In this document: positions 49,330 through 63,683 of the stretch, in pieces
Numbering within the stretch: the stretch's first letter is position 1
Layout of the letters: every line of letters starts with the position of its first letter
Source: Narcine bancroftii
Taxonomy: Eukaryota
DNA length: 64,000 bases
Assembly (NCBI RefSeq): GCF_036971445.1
Contig: NC_091472.1
Location: 182,838,001-182,902,000, forward strand
Direction of reading: 5' to 3'
Translations under genes and position numbers: made by a program
The notes under the pieces: model-generated
Told to the model about the DNA's origin: nothing
Seen by the model: the letters and a program-made list of their open reading frames with translations, nothing else
Database searches by the model: none

Positions 49330-52300
49330 CTTCCTTCCCTTATTGTTGTACATATGCTCTCTGGTCCCAGCTCTGCTAACCTTGCTTCATAAGACTTGTT
49401 TTCCAATCAGGCAACGTCGAGGTGACCAGAGCTGAACTCAATATTCTTAAGTGTGGTTTCACCAGAGATTTGTAGAGTTGCAACATGACCTCTTGAACTC
49501 AATCCCCCTCTTAATGAAGTCCAACATCCCATAGGCTTTCTTATCAACCTGTGTGACAACCTTGAGATGTATATGCATTTGGACCCCCAGATCCATCTGT
49601 CCATCCACAGTCTTAAGTAACCAACCATTAACCCTGCACTCACCCTTCTGGTTTCATTTTTTCCAAAATGCATTACCTTACACTTATCAGGACTGATCAC
49701 CATCTGCCACTTTTCCACCCAACTCTGCATCCTGACTATATCATTTTATAACCTTTGACAACCTTCACCTCCATCAACAACTCCTCCAACCTTTGATTCA
49801 TCCGCAAACTTACTGATCCATTCTTCCACCTCTGCATCTAGGTTATTTATAAAAATCACAAGAAACAGGGTATTAGAACAAATAACTGCAGAACTCCACT
49901 AGTCACTGAACTCCATGCAGAATTCTTTCTTTCCACCACTACTCTTGCTTTCTATATGCAAACCATTTTTTTTTATCCTCACAGCCAACGGTTCCATGGA
50001 TCTTATGCCTCATGACTTTCTGAATGACTCTCTCATGGAGGACCTTGTCAAATGCCTTACTACACCTATATAGACCACATCTACCACTCTACTCTCATCA
50101 ATTTCTTTTGTTATCTCCTCAAAAATCTCAGGCTCATGAGGTATGATCTTCCCTTCACAAAGCTATGCTGTCTGCACTTCTCCAAATGTTCATAGATCCT
50201 ATAATTCAGAATTCTCTCCAATAGATTGGACATCACTTATGTAAAATTTGCTGGTCTATTATTGCCAGGATACTCCCGATTACCTTTTTTTAAACAAGGG
50301 GATCATATTTGCTGTTCTCCAATTCTCTGGCACCTCCCTGTGGCCAAAGAGGTCTCCAAGATCATAGTCACTGTCCCAGCTACCTCTTCTTTTCCTTCCC
50401 ACAGCAACCTGGAGTATATTGCATCCAGTCCTGGTTATTTATCAATCTTAAATGTTTTTTTAGAAGATCCAACACTTCCTTTCCTTAATCCCATCATTGT
50501 CCAGCAGAGCATGCAAGCCTGTGTTATTCTGACCTCATCCTGATTAAGGTCCTTTTCTCTAGTGAATACTGGCACAAATATTCATTTAGGACCTCCCTAA
50601 CCTCCTGTGCCTCCAAGCACGTTTCCTCCTTTCTCCTTTAGCAGCCCCACTGTCATTCTTGTCATCCTTCTTCACATGCACATCGAATGCCTCAGGGTTC
50701 TTAATCCTACATGCCAAGGCCCTCTCATACCCACTTTGAGCTCTCCCAAGTCCTTTCTTAAGCTCCTTCCTGGTGACGATATACTTCTCATGAGTCTTTT
50801 TCCTCTTGACTGGCTGCCACACCTGTTTGGTCAACCGTGGTTCCCTTTTCCTACCATCTTGTCTCTGTCCCAATGGGACAAACTATCCTGAACCCTGTGC
50901 AAGTGGTCCCTAAACTTCCTCCACATTAGTTCAGTACTTTCACCCTTGAACATCCGCTTCATCCTATTGTAATTATCCCTTTGCCAATTAAGTCCTTTCC
51001 CGTGTTTTCTGCTTTTATCCTTGTACATAGCTATGTCCAGCAGGATATATTATTGTCAAGTCATTTCTGAACCTGTATACCCTGAATATTGATGATAAGA
51101 AATTTATTCAAGATACTTTTTTAAATTTATCAGAGGCACATGAAAATATTTTAATAGGAGATTTTAATTTCTGTTTAGACCCATTGTTCGATAGGTCAAC
51201 TTCAATAGTAACAAGAACAAAAGCTGCCAAAGCTACATTGAGTTTGATGAGAGACTTGAATTTAATTGATATATCATGGAGAAGAATTCATCCTATAGAG
51301 AAAGATTATTCATTTTATTTTAGAATTGATTTATCTCTGATTTCAGCTCAAATGCAAGCCAGGATTTTATCTGACCATTTGCCTCTGTCAATAACTATGG
51401 AAATGCCTGATAAAGTCAATATATAGATGGCAATTGAATTCTTTATTGTTGAAAAGGAAAGATTTTTGTGATTTTGTTTGAATGCATATTCAGACATTTT
51501 GGGATACAAATTTGAACTTGGTAAATGATAAATCTATTACATGGGATACTTTAAAGGCATATATACGGGGTCAAATTATAAATTTCACATCTAAAATTGA
51601 GAAAGATTATTTGAGAGAAGTAGATCAACTAGAAAACGAAATTATAGTTTGAGGAAAGGATCTTCAAAAATGTGTTTCTGAAGATAAATGCAGATAATAG
51701 ATTAATAAAAAAATTATTATATTACAAACTTAAAGAACTGAGAAAGCAATTATTAGAATGAAACAAAGATATTATGAACGAGATGAGAGATTGCATAAAG
51801 TATTAGCAACTGAAAGCAGAACAGTCTACATATAAACCTCAGGAAATGAATCTTTTAGGAATTTTTATATGATATATACGTTTGAGTCTTTTGGAGATGA
51901 AGTTAAAATAAATATTCATCTCAGAAAATATTGCCTTGATTAAGTACAGAAGAACAAATCAAATTTAATGCTTCGTTTACAGAGGCAGAAGTACAAGATG
52001 GAATTAATTCATTACAAAGTAGTAAATCTTCTGGAGAAAGATGGTTTTCCCCCTGAAATTTAATAAGAATTTAAGGATTTATTAGATCTGAAGAATTGGA
52101 AATGCATTTTCTTCCAGAATCAATTTCGATGGCAATAATTACTGTTATTCCTAAAAAAGATAGAGATCCTTTAAAACCTTCATCCTATAGGCCTATTTTA
52201 TTATTCAATGTGGATTATAAAATAGTAGCAAACATTTTGGCAAATAGAATGAATAATTTGTTACCTAAATTAATAAATATGGATCAAACAGGGTTTATTA

Positions 52301-55300
52301 AAAAGAGACAATCTTCGAAGGATATAGCAAGACTATTAAGTATTCATTTAACGCAAAAAAGGGTGACTCGAGTGATGCAGTGGCCTTGGATGCAGAAAAG
52401 GCATTGATAGATTGGGATTTTTTTATTTAAGGTCTTAGAAAAGCTTAGATTTGGTTTGAAGTTTTTGAATTGGATTAGAGCATTATCTAATAGTCCTAAA
52501 GCTAAAGTTGTAACTAATGGTCAAGTAAGTATCTATGCCATTTAAACTAACGAGATCTAGTAGACAAGGTTGTCCTTATCACCAGCTCTATTTCAGCTAT
52601 AGAAGCCCTTGCTCAGATAATCTGCTGTGATTTACAATAAGGGTTTTAAAGTAGGTCAAGAGGAACATAAAATTAGTTTATTTGTAGACGACGTTTTAAT
52701 ATATTTGACAGATCCTAATTCACCTTTACAAAGATTATGTGCTCAATTGGAAGAATATGGAAAAGTTTCAGGCTATAAAATAAATTGGGACAAAAGTTAT
52801 TATACCCAATATCAATGGGACGCACAGTCTAAGTGGCCAAAATAAGGTATTAAATATCTGGTACACGTATGGACAATAATCTGAAGAATTTTTATGTTAA
52901 ATTATTTGTCTTTACTTAAAAAGACTGAGGAAGATTTGAAAAAAAAAATGATAAATTTACCTATAACTTTAGTTGGAAGGGTGAATTATACAAAGATGAA
53001 TATATTTCCAAGGATATCATGTCTTTTTCAGGTGTTACCTATTTTAATAACTCAAAAATTTTTTTGAGAATTAAATAAAAATATCAATAGTTTCTATAAA
53101 GAAGTTAACATGGAAATATGAATTGAGAGGTCTTCAGCTTCCTAATTTTAGGAATTAAGCGGCACAGATGAGATTTCTTTTTTTGAAAGTGGGAAAATCG
53201 GCATGGGTTAATATAGAACTGAATACAATAGGAGAGCAGAAAGCAGAAGAATTTGTATATAAATAGGAACCAAAATTGTTGGTTGCTGATAAAGAAAGTC
53301 CATTATTGAAACATTTGCTAAATGTTTGCTATAAAAAAATGAAGATCTTGGTGGAGAATCTATATCACCGAAAATCCCATTAATCCAAAATCCTCTTTTA
53401 GCTTTATCAAGGGATGATAATCAGTTTTTGAATATATGGTTTTGTAAAGGGATCCTTAACGTTGAAGATTGTTATGAAAGTGGTCAACTTATGTAATTTG
53501 AGCAATTGAGAAATAACTATGCTATAACAAATAATACTCTTTTTTGTTATTTTCAGTTTAGAACATATTTGAAGGATAAGCTTGGACTGACTATGTTTTT
53601 AAATAATTGCAATGAAGTAGAATTTATTAGGAATCTGATTGCTAAAAAATTTACTACTTTGATATGTTCACTATTAGAAGCAGGAACCCCTAAATTATCT
53701 AGATAGAGTTGGGAAACAAAGTTAAATATTATAATTGATCAACAAATGTGGGAAAATTTATGTAGGGATTGTATGACGAATATTATCAATGCAAGATGTA
53801 GATCTGTTCAATATAATTTTTTACATCAGTTATATCTTGCACCACAGAAGTTGAATAGATTGAAATCAGATTTATCAGACCAATGTTTTAGATGTGATGA
53901 AGAAGTAGTATATATTCAACATGGTCTTGTGCTAATGTAAGGCCCTTTTGGGCAGCTCTATGTAATTTTTTTGGAACAGATTACAGGAATTGTTTTTCTG
54001 CAAAACGCTAATTTATTTTTATTAGGAAATATTGAAGGTACAAGAACTAAATAAAGTTATCAATTTACCAATTGGAATTTGTTAAATTAGTGCTGGCAGT
54101 AGCAAAGAAATGTATTGCATTTACTTGGAAATATGATATATCTTTAACTATGCCAAGGTGGCATGCTGAAATTCAAAGTTGTATTCCTTTAGAAAAAAAT
54201 ACTTAAAATTTAAGGAGTAACTATCCTGTTTTTACAAATTTGGCACCCATATACCCAAATAATGGGATTAAATTTATAATGATATCCTTCTTATGCCTCT
54301 AGACCTGTTGGATTCTCCTCTGTATGTTCACGTTAGATCTGGTAATTTGTACTGGATGACATCTTTCTCTGCAATCCACAAATTTTCATTTTGTACTTTG
54401 CTTTTGGGGGAGTGGTGGGTGGGATGGGTTTTTTTTGGGGTGGGGTAAAAAGCATCATGTACATTTTTTCAATATTATATTAAGTATACTTACTGCATGT
54501 ATGGAATTTTAAATAAAATATTTTAAAAAAGCTTAGCTTAGAGTTACGTTCACTATCACCAAAATGCTCCCCCACAAATAGGTCCGCCGCCTGACCAGGT
54601 TCATTATTCACTATTAGATCCAGTATGGCCTCTCTTGTCAGCTGGTCAACATATTGTGTCAGGAATCCTTGAACACACCAGACAAATTCAGCCCCATCTA
54701 TCACTCTTGCAGTCAAGAAGTGACTGTCAATATATGGAAGTTGAAGTCTCCCTTAATAGCAACCCAATAATTCCTGTACCATTCTAAAATCTGCCTGTTT
54801 ATCTACTTCCAATGCTGTATTTACTCCCTTCCTATTTCTGACTTCCACTGACTCAGTAGATACTCCCTCTGCAGCACCCTCCTTTTCTATAGCCATGATG
54901 CTATCCCTGACCAGTAATGCCACTCCTCCCCCTCTCCTACCTCCCATCCTATTCCTTTTAAAACACCTAAACCCTGGTACCTGCATCAGCCAATCCTGCC
55001 CTTCCTCTAGCCAAGTCTCTGTCTTGGCCACAATATCATAGTTCCATGCACAAAGTTCATCTCCTTTATTCCTAATGCTCCTAGTGTTAAAATAGATACA
55101 TTTCAAACTTCTCTGTCTGTACTTCACAAATTCAGAACACATTGCATCATGCTTTTGACTTTCTGCCTTATTCTTTGTACTCGCATTCTGGTTCTCATCT
55201 CCATGCCAAACTAGTTTAAACCCTCTCCAACAGCTCTAGCAAATCTGCTTACCAGGATATTGGTCCTTTTCCAGTTCAGATGCAGCCTGTCCTTTTTGTA

Positions 55301-55540
55301 CAGGTCAGACCTCCAGAGTCTGAACCCCTGGACTAACTCTTCAGCCACACATTCATTTGCCACAACTTCCAATTCCTACCCTCTCTGGCATGTGGCACAG
55401 ACAGCAATCCTGAGATTACCACCCTCAAGGTTCTGCTTTTCAACTTCTTTCCTAACTCCCTATATTCTCTCTTCAGGACCCCATCCCTACTTCTATATAT
55501 GTCATTGGTCCCCACATGGACAACTTGTCTCTTTTCATTA
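49330..55540 (-). mobile_element. Long decayed CR1 LINE (ORF1 esterase remnant, EN, RT) split by an L1
   Basis: ORF1 GTNDI...VVISGLL; EN YFNTRSIRNK...ETWL...GGGVAL; RT-distal WVEKWQM...KCKVMHFG. Confidence 0.88.
51040..54530 (+). mobile_element. Decayed 5'-truncated L1 ORF2 nested in CR1
   Basis: SDHLP, SYRPILL, DQTGFI, SLFVDDVL, SGYKIN, QCFRC; AATAAA at 54512. Confidence 0.9.
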
Positions 55541-55849
55541 GTGTGATCACACTCTCAGCTGTCATTCAATTATTATAATGTAAATCAGTCTTTCCTTCAT
55601 GTTGTTTCCTCCTCAGCAAAGATGTGAAGGAAACAGATTCCTGTCTGACCTTTTGATCGTGTTGATCTTGAGTTATGTATGTAAGAGCTAACTCTCTCCT
55701 GATCATTTCAATGCACATATAATGCATCTTTTAGGAGAATGAGACTGGTAGAATTGTTCTGCTGGAGAAGCAATTGACTCAATGTTATTATAAATAAGTG
55801 AGGATTAAGGCCAGGAACTTTTGAAGTAAAACCCTGTTTTCTGTTTTAG

Positions 55850-56038
55850 ACAATCCCAGTCATACTGGATGGCAAGGATGTTGTGGCCATGGCCAGGACG
55901 GGCAGTGGTAAGACTGCAGCATTCCTTATTCCTTTGTTTGAGCGGCTGAAAGTACATTGTGCCCAGTCAGGAGCAAGAGCTTTAATTCTCACCCCAACTA
56001 GAGAACTTGCATTACAGACCTTGAAGTTCACAAAAGAG
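55850..56038 (+). CDS. DDX54: DDX54 exon 4 (motifs I and Ia)
   Basis: [10 protein letters not shown] and PTRELA; 189 nt. Confidence 0.97.
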
Positions 56039-56262
56039 GTAAGGTGTTTCCTTTCAGTTTCAGTTTTCAGGATGTTTTGATTTAAATTAATTGTAGAGCA
56101 TAACAAGGACTAGATTGACCACTTATCATATTGATAAATAGTATGTACAATCTTGTATAATGCCTATAAGATATTTTTAAAAACATCATACTAAAAGCAT
56201 TTTGAAATTCTTTCCATTCCAATGCTTAAAATGATAAAATTAATTGTTAATAATCATTGCAT

Positions 56263-57157
56263 TGTTACGAGTCCAGAGGACCCCAAAGCCCAGCAGCAAC
56301 AGAAATTCACCAAGACAAATGGTTAAACAAAAGTTGCTTTTAATTATCTTTGAACATGAAAACTCTAACCTATTACTATCAACTTACTTAACTCCCTTCT
56401 AATTCTAAGCACGTGTATGTAATGTGTGTATAAGTTCAGAAAGGTTCTTTAATTTTCAGTCCAATCTCACTTCTCATTCCTCCAAGTTCATTGGTTGCAG
56501 GTGATTCTTACATTGTGCACCGAATTTAACATTTATGAAGTTCATCAGGCTTTGGTGCTTGAAAGGTAAATGGTTCTTGTCGGTTTTCAAAGAGGGATTT
56601 GTTGTTCGCTGAACACAAACTGATTCCTTCTAATCAGCCACATCTTGTTTGCCGAAGAAACTTGCCCCATCAGGGTTTTCTACATGATAACCTCTTTCTT
56701 TCAGGTCACCACAGAGTTCCTTTATGTTTCTCTTACTTCATGTGAAACATTTGGCTGCCAGTCCTCTCGTATGGACCACAGGGGCTTTGACCAGGCTGAA
56801 ATAAGAACTCACAACCCGTCTTCCAAATGGTGTTTCTCCACAAGCTTGCTGCTGAACTGTTGCAAAGAATTCCCTCCCCCTCAGAAAAGCCTGGTTTTAT
56901 TTTCCTTGACTCTCCTAGAACAGCAACCTACACTCTGACAGACTGTGGCTCTGAATCTAATCCTCCAAGATCTTTCAAAATTGCTTTTCAAAACAACAAT
57001 CCATAATTGAAATCCCTTGGGCACTCTCCACATTTTTTGCAAAGGCTCCAGTATTTGAAATAAGATCTGTTTTTAATTGTTTGTATGTGACCAGCACTAA
57101 AAAATCTCCTTTAAAACATACCTATATACCATATAAAATATAACATAATCTGTCACA
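56263..57157 (-). mobile_element. Solo LTR
   Basis: TGT...ACA termini; perfect 4-bp TSD gcat; homologous to 10452-11486; strand tentative. Confidence 0.82.
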
Positions 57158-59010
57158 GCATATTCAATCACAACAGTCGAGGGTAAATTTTGAGTATGTT
57201 AGTAATAGATATGCATTTTTAAGTGTGGATGTGATTCTAGCTGTTTTATTTCAAGAACAAACAGAAAAGAATTGAAACAAAATTATTCTGCTTACTTTTC
57301 AAACTTGTATGCCAGAGTTATTTAGCAAACAAAATAATGCTGGAGAGACTCAGCAGGTCAGGCAGATTTTTAGATTTATTGTCAGAGTACATGCATAACA
57401 TTCCATAAAACATAATCCTGAGATTTTTTCTGGTGGGCAAGGTAAAATTACCACTTTTTGGTAGTGCAAAAGAAAGCCGTTCAACGTTCACATGTAAACA
57501 ACAAAGAAATGTAAACAAATGTATTGCACAATACAGAGGAAAAAAATCAATAAAGTGCAAAAATAAGAGTCCTTAAATGAATGCTGGATTGAGTTTTTTG
57601 TGGAGATGTCTGATGGTGGAGGGGTAGCAGCTGTTCCTGAACCTGGTGGTGTGAGTCTTGTGACACCTATATCTCTTTTCTCATGGCAGTAGCGAGAACA
57701 GAGCATGTAATCGTCAACACTGTGTAATAGTTGACCTCTGTTTTCTCCCCCCCCCCCCCCCCCCCCACCTTTGTTTGGGTCAAAAATAGGTTGTTTTATG
57801 ACCTATGTAAAAGCCAACATCCCCACTTTTGACCCCAGCCACCCATCCTCCGGAGCTGCCAACGTCCTGACAGCGGGCCCTTGCCTCGGCTGCCCACCAT
57901 CATAGCTCCTGACACCTTGGCTGCCTTCCCATCCGAGCTCTCGACTGCAGATGCTCGCACCGACTGCCCGCCCTATACAACTCCGACTGCAGATACTCTT
58001 CCCGCCCATCCAAGCTCCCGATGCCCCATCCATGGACCCTCCACCGGTCCTGGCCTTCTGATCTCTAGGCCTTGAACGGCACATGGTGGGAGGGGTGGGG
58101 GGGTCAATATTTTGACCTGTGTAAAAGTGGACCCCCTCACCCCCAACCAAAACAAACTAACAATTACATGAGTAGCAGTATATATGGTAACAGTCAACAT
58201 TTAGGATTGGGACCCTCTTTAGCTTCTTTGCGCTCTCAACCATTCCAAAATTCTTCACAGATAGTTAAATAATAGTTGTAGTTCTTTAATGCCTCGATTA
58301 AGATGATTTTTGATACAGGCAAATGCTTTGCTCTTGGTCCTACATCAGGCTAACTCTCCTTTATGCATATTGTCCATTTTTAGTAGTATTTGTATCTCGT
58401 GAAGCACCTAAATAATGAGAGTATTGTTTCCAGTGCATGTGCAGTTAGTAATGTTTATCGTCTTTTAATTTGACAATATTTAGGTTAAAAAAAAACCTTT
58501 GGCAAATTTGCCTTACGTTGTAGTTGATATTGGAGAAAGAGGTTCTCAAAAATATAATGATCTTGATAGTCTAAATTTCACCTTTATAGATGCAAAATTG
58601 CTGGCTGACTTCAGTTTGAATGATATGTAATGCTTCCAATAATGATGTCATTTAATAAGATTCAGTCATAAAATAGGAATTAAAAAGTTCAATGGTTAAA
58701 TATTTTGCACTACTATTGCAAATTACAGATGAGATTAAGGAGAAACTGTGCTCCAATAAACCATTTTTAGTATAAAATATTTAAATATTTTTTGAAGTGT
58801 AGAATAATTGAGGGACTGCCAACATACACAAAATATTCATTTCTTTTTGGATCAGCAGTAAGCATTTAAAAATTCAATTGTATCTCCTGTAATGAATACT
58901 AATATTTTCAGTAATAACAATTAATGTCCTTTAAGTTAATTGATTCCACTGTTTAATTCTGAGAGTTAAAATGTAGCTCATCTTGTGGAGGAATAGGCAG
59001 TCATCTGTTG

Positions 59011-60221
59011 TCCCTTTCACACTTGCAAGTGATCCCAGGAATTAACCGCCATTCGGCCTTTAAAGTACCTAGTGTGAAAGCAAAATCAGCTCAACGCCCA
59101 CGTCAGATGACGTCATTGACGGCCTCGACCCCTAGTACAATCTCTGGTGTCTGCAGACGCTGGTGTTGCAATCAGGCAAGTGTGAAATGGGCAATTGCAT
59201 TGTGGGATTGAAATGACCCAAGTTTTTGCATGAGTGCAGAAACGTGAAGGAAGAAAAGATTAAAATGAAGGTATAAACTTTGCCATGGGAAAGTTGCAGT
59301 GGGGGGGGGGGGGGTGGGGGGAAGAGAGAGAGAGAAAATAAATAGCAGTAGTGAACAATTTTTAAACATTGTTGGAAAATTGGTAGGGCTATAGCGCATA
59401 GTTTATATAGACCATGGGGGGAAAAAGCAAAGGCAGATCGGACTTCCCAGAATGCCGTGTGGCAGAGAAACCCATCCATGAATGCTGGCAGAGAAACCCA
59501 TCCATGAATGCTCCATGCATGCAGCCAGGCATACAGCCCTTTTTCTGCCATATGGAATTCTGGGAGGTCAGATCCGCCATTGCTTTTTCCTACTGTATTT
59601 ATAAGTTGTATGCGACAGTGCTACCAACTTTCCCATGCTATATAAATTGTGCTCTAAAGCACTACCAACTTTCCCACCCTGTTTAAAAATTGCCCGCTAT
59701 TGCTATTTATTGCTGGCACTTTCTCACGGTCCCTTATAAAGGTTTATATAGGTCGGCACAACAACAACAACAGGAGCTGGAGGACTCGTGCTGTACATAA
59801 AGCTTCTTTGGCTTGGCTTCGCGGACGAAGATTTATGGAGGGGGTAAAAAGTCCACGTCAGCTGCAGGCTCGTTTGTGGCTGACAAGTCCAATGCGGGAC
59901 AGGCAGACACGATTGCAGCGGTTGCAAGGGAAAATTGGTTGGTTGGGGTTAGGTGTTGGGTTTTTCCTCCTTTGCCATTTGTCAGTGAGGTTATGTTATA
60001 ATTAGGCATGATTAATTTTGTTCAAATATAAGATCATAATACATTGATTAGGATTTAGGGCAGGTCCACCATCGCTCAATGTATCATAACATGACCAGTA
60101 GAAGGTTGAACAGTCCTAACCCCAATGTCCCAGTTAGGTGTGGTCAAGTGAAAGGCCAAACCCCCATTCCTATCCTGGAATATTGAACAGCCGATTTAGT
60201 GGGATGCAAGCGTGAAAGGGA
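59011..60221. mobile_element. PIF/Harbinger-like non-autonomous element with an internal foldback and an RTE insertion
   Basis: TIR tccctttcacacttgca / tgcaagcgtgaaaggga (16/17); repeated gtgtgaaa motifs; superfamily call tentative. Confidence 0.6.
59803..59990 (-). mobile_element. RTE LINE 3' fragment
   Basis: Same family as 23341-25398. Confidence 0.95.
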
Positions 60222-60513
60222 GGCTAATGATAATTTCTAGAGTTCTGTTTAATTGTGCATATGGGTACTCAACAAGTCGTTGCTCATTTTGAAGTGTAAT
60301 GATGGGTTATAGTCTCATTGTTATATCAACTATAGAGTCCAGGCTTTTTTCGCACAAATGCTCAAATGGTGAGGTCTATGTATTCCATCTTTTGGACTAT
60401 TCATTTAAATGCTTCTCTTGTTCAGGGCCTCAATTTAGAGTTAAATTGTTAAATTCTGCTATATTCTTTGAATGAATGTGCCATTAATTTTCTTGATTAT
60501 TTGATTTTTGTAG

Positions 60514-60563
60514 CTTGGAAAGTTTACTGGTTTCAGAACTGCTTTAATCTTGGGTGGAGAAAA
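60514..60563 (+). CDS. DDX54: DDX54 exon 5
   Basis: LGKFTGFRTALILGGE; tag|...|gtaagt; 50 nt. Confidence 0.94.
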
Positions 60564-60663
60564 GTAAGTACCTTTTCAAATGGTAATCTGCAGCCTCTTT
60601 TGTAATTTAATTAAACCAAGCAAAAGCAGTATTTAACCAGACATCTATGGTGCTTATTTTTAG

Positions 60664-60705
60664 AATGGAAGATCAGTTTGCAGCTCTTCATGAAAATCCT
60701 GATAT
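60664..60705 (+). CDS. DDX54: DDX54 exon 6
   Basis: MEDQFAALHENPD; tag|...|gtgagt; 42 nt. Confidence 0.94.
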
Positions 60706-60789
60706 GTGAGTTAACCTCCTGAAATGTAGCCTGATTTGAAGATAATTTTTCACTTAGTTTTATTTTACCTGTTAAAATTTTCAGTGAAA

Positions 60790-61722
60790 TGTATTACGAA
60801 TTAATAAGATCTTAATAGTACTAACAAAGAAACAGCAATGGAAAATTCACTAGACAATGGTAAATTCAAAATGATAGTTTTTATTGAACTATTAATAACA
60901 CAACAGGTCTTACTTATCTCTAAAACTCTTAATTCCCACTATGGGCAAATGTGTGTGTGTGTGTCAAAATCCAAACCATTACAGTTTGAGTGTGAAAAGT
61001 CAATTTTAAACTTCAGCATCAAGCATCTTGTGTTGCTTGAAGATTTTTAAATCACAGTTCAGAAGTAATTATGAAACACTTTTAAACATCATATTTTCAG
61101 ATTTCTTTTAAACTCTCGACTCTTTTGATGAGTTGTCTTTTAGAGAGATAATTCTTCGTAAGAGTGATTTCACAAACTCGCTCTTATCTTGCCTGTGTTA
61201 TGGAGTCTGTTTTCCACAATGATTTGTTTCCTAATCAAGAGCAAAGTGGACTTACTTACTTTCAAGCCACTTATTTTCAGTATCTCCTATGATAAGAATA
61301 ATACAATACAGAACAGCATCTCCCTCTTTCTCCAGAGACTACTGTTTCAATCCTGTGTCTTTCACAGGATGGTCAATTTCTTCAGTGTGGTTTAAAATGT
61401 TTCTATCTGCCTTCATTTAGGTTTCTCTTAAATCATGTGACATGACATCACTGCTGTTCCAGTTTCATTTCTGTCCAAAACACTACTCCTAGTAGATGAC
61501 CTTTTGCCTTCCTTCAAATTATCATTTCACATGCACAAAACCATCTGACCTCATCTCTGTGCAAGAGGTTCAAGTGGCTTATGTCTCTGTAAAGTCTGAG
61601 CACATATCACTTTAGGAAGAACTTCCTTAAATGCACAGCTGCCTTCATTGTCCTGAATCAAATAAGATCCACTTCAGTTCCATTAGGGTCTTTCCTTCCA
61701 GACTTGGCAACTCTGAAATGAA

Positions 61723-61754
<32 letters not shown>

Positions 61755-61850
61755 GTCTCTAAATGTGATGTGTCCTCTGTGTGACCATGTATCCAGCCTA
61801 CAAACGAACTTTACTAAGAAATATATATTTTATAACTAAAGATTAACACA
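60790..61850 (-). mobile_element. Probable solo LTR distantly related to the 10452/56263 family
   Basis: Left end cagcaatggaaaattcactagacaatggtaa resembles cagcaatagaaattaaccaagacaaatggtta; similar length; no clear TSD. Confidence 0.45.
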
Positions 61851-62166
61851 AATCTATTGTAATCTACTGTATGTTAACAACTTGGTGGCAATTCAGATTA
61901 TTTTTGGGGGAAAAAATATTTAAAGGGAGAGGACAATTTGTTCCTTTTTCCTTGTGCTTCAACAACTTCACATCTCCAGTTTCTCGTTCTTTCCATTCAA
62001 CAAAGTTATTCTCAGAGGCATATCTAGTCTTTTTTATGCACATCCTAAAAAAAATCCTCAAGTGGAGCAAATGCAACTGTTGAATTAATTAATACATTTA
62101 TTATTTACACAGATTAATAGTGGATATTTAGAGTTCACTGCCCTATATTCAATTTTTCTCTTACAG

Positions 62167-62262
62167 AATAATTGGCACACCTGGCCGCTTAATGCATGTG
62201 ATTGTGGAAATGAATCTCAAGCTGCATAATGTTGAATATGTGGTGTTTGATGAAGCTGACAG
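62167..62262 (+). CDS. DDX54: DDX54 exon 7 (motif Ib, DEAD)
   Basis: [11 protein letters not shown]...YVVFDEADR; 96 nt. Confidence 0.97.
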
Positions 62263-62538
62263 GTAAATTGATAAGATGCAGCCATTTCCCATTGTTTTAG
62301 AACTAGTATTTATAAAACATTTCTCAAATTATGTTGCTATCAATTTTACACTAGGATTCATTGCAGTACCTGTCCTCCCAGTTTGCTTCATATACAAATG
62401 TTGATAAATGACCTCATTTGTAAATGTACCAAAGTTAGATTAAGTTGTCCTATTTCTAGAGCAAGAGATGATGTAGATAATTGAAGTATCTGCAGCAAAT
62501 GCCCAATTTAAATCCCCTATAAACATTTTTTCTGACAG

Positions 62539-62660
62539 ATTGTTTGAAATGGGATTTGCTGAGCACTTGCAAGAGATAATCCAAAGGTTACCAGAATCGA
62601 GGCAGACCCTGCTGTTCTCAGCCACATTGCCAAAGCAATTGGTGGAATTTGCACGTGCAG
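62539..62660 (+). CDS. DDX54: DDX54 exon 8 (SAT motif); gene continues beyond the window
   Basis: [14 protein letters not shown]...[19 protein letters not shown]; 122 nt. Confidence 0.97.
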
Positions 62661-63683
62661 GTCAGACTTTTAACAGATGTGTTTTAAAACTGCAGTAATT
62701 TATAATGCCGTGTCAATGCTTGAATATTCATTGTGCTGGTTTTGTATAACTGATAAAGTAGCTTTTTTTTAATTTTAAGTGAAACTGCAAACTTAATTGG
62801 AAATTAATTTCTAGCTGAAGTAGATGAGGCCTAACCCTAAAGAGATGTGTGGTAGTAATTGATCTTCAATCTAACTTTGAAGAGCTGTTTTGGTTAGATG
62901 GTGCTAAGTTGTGTAATTTTTTAAAAAAACACATGTTTTGGAACAATCATGATATTTTTTTCAGGACTCAAAATATAGATATTGTGGGAGAAAAATTTAA
63001 GATTTGCTTGTTTAATTTACTAATTCTGCAGGGAACCATATGCTGCCTGCACCTAACAAATGGTCAATTGGTTTTCTAGCCCCTCACTTATCCTCCCCTA
63101 ATTGCTAACTCAATAAATTATGTTGCATAATTATAGAGGTGACACCAGCTTGTTTTTTTTTCCACAGGCGTGACGTTCTTCTCTGCTTCTCTAGTCTTGA
63201 TAAGCCAAATGACCTTGAAACTGATTGATGCTTGAAACATGTTGTAAAGCTCCTTTGTTCTCAAAAGGGGAATGTTTTCTTATCACTTGTATTTTGGCTG
63301 TAAATATGTGCTTTTTCTCACATTTCAGAGGCTCAGAGCTCTGCTTTGCTCTTAACATTGCCTCCAAAATGTGATTTTTACTGTCATTGGATATCTCGTG
63401 TAAAAAAAAAGTTATCTTGGATACAGAGGAAAATTTCTAAGGAAAACCTTTATTTGCAAGTATATCATGGAGAAGCTTGGAAAATTCCAACACTGAAGCA
63501 CAAGGGGAGAAGAGAGAGAAAATATAGGTCTTTTTAAGTTTAAATAATACAAAATTTTCATGTTTTTTGCTCAGATGCACTGTAAATTTGTAAACAAGCA
63601 GGCTCTGAAATTATGCATGAAATGAAGCCAAATTTATATTTTGGCTTTTTTTTAAAAATTATGGCTATCAAATTATATTTCCC

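Noticed and set aside
58260-59000. Intronic snoRNA in DDX54
   Set aside because: No convincing box C/D pair with a terminal stem or H/ACA architecture by eye; an Rfam scan would be needed
61723-61760. (CT)n microsatellite and homopolymer G/C runs (44750, 57746, 59300)
   Set aside because: Ordinary simple repeats
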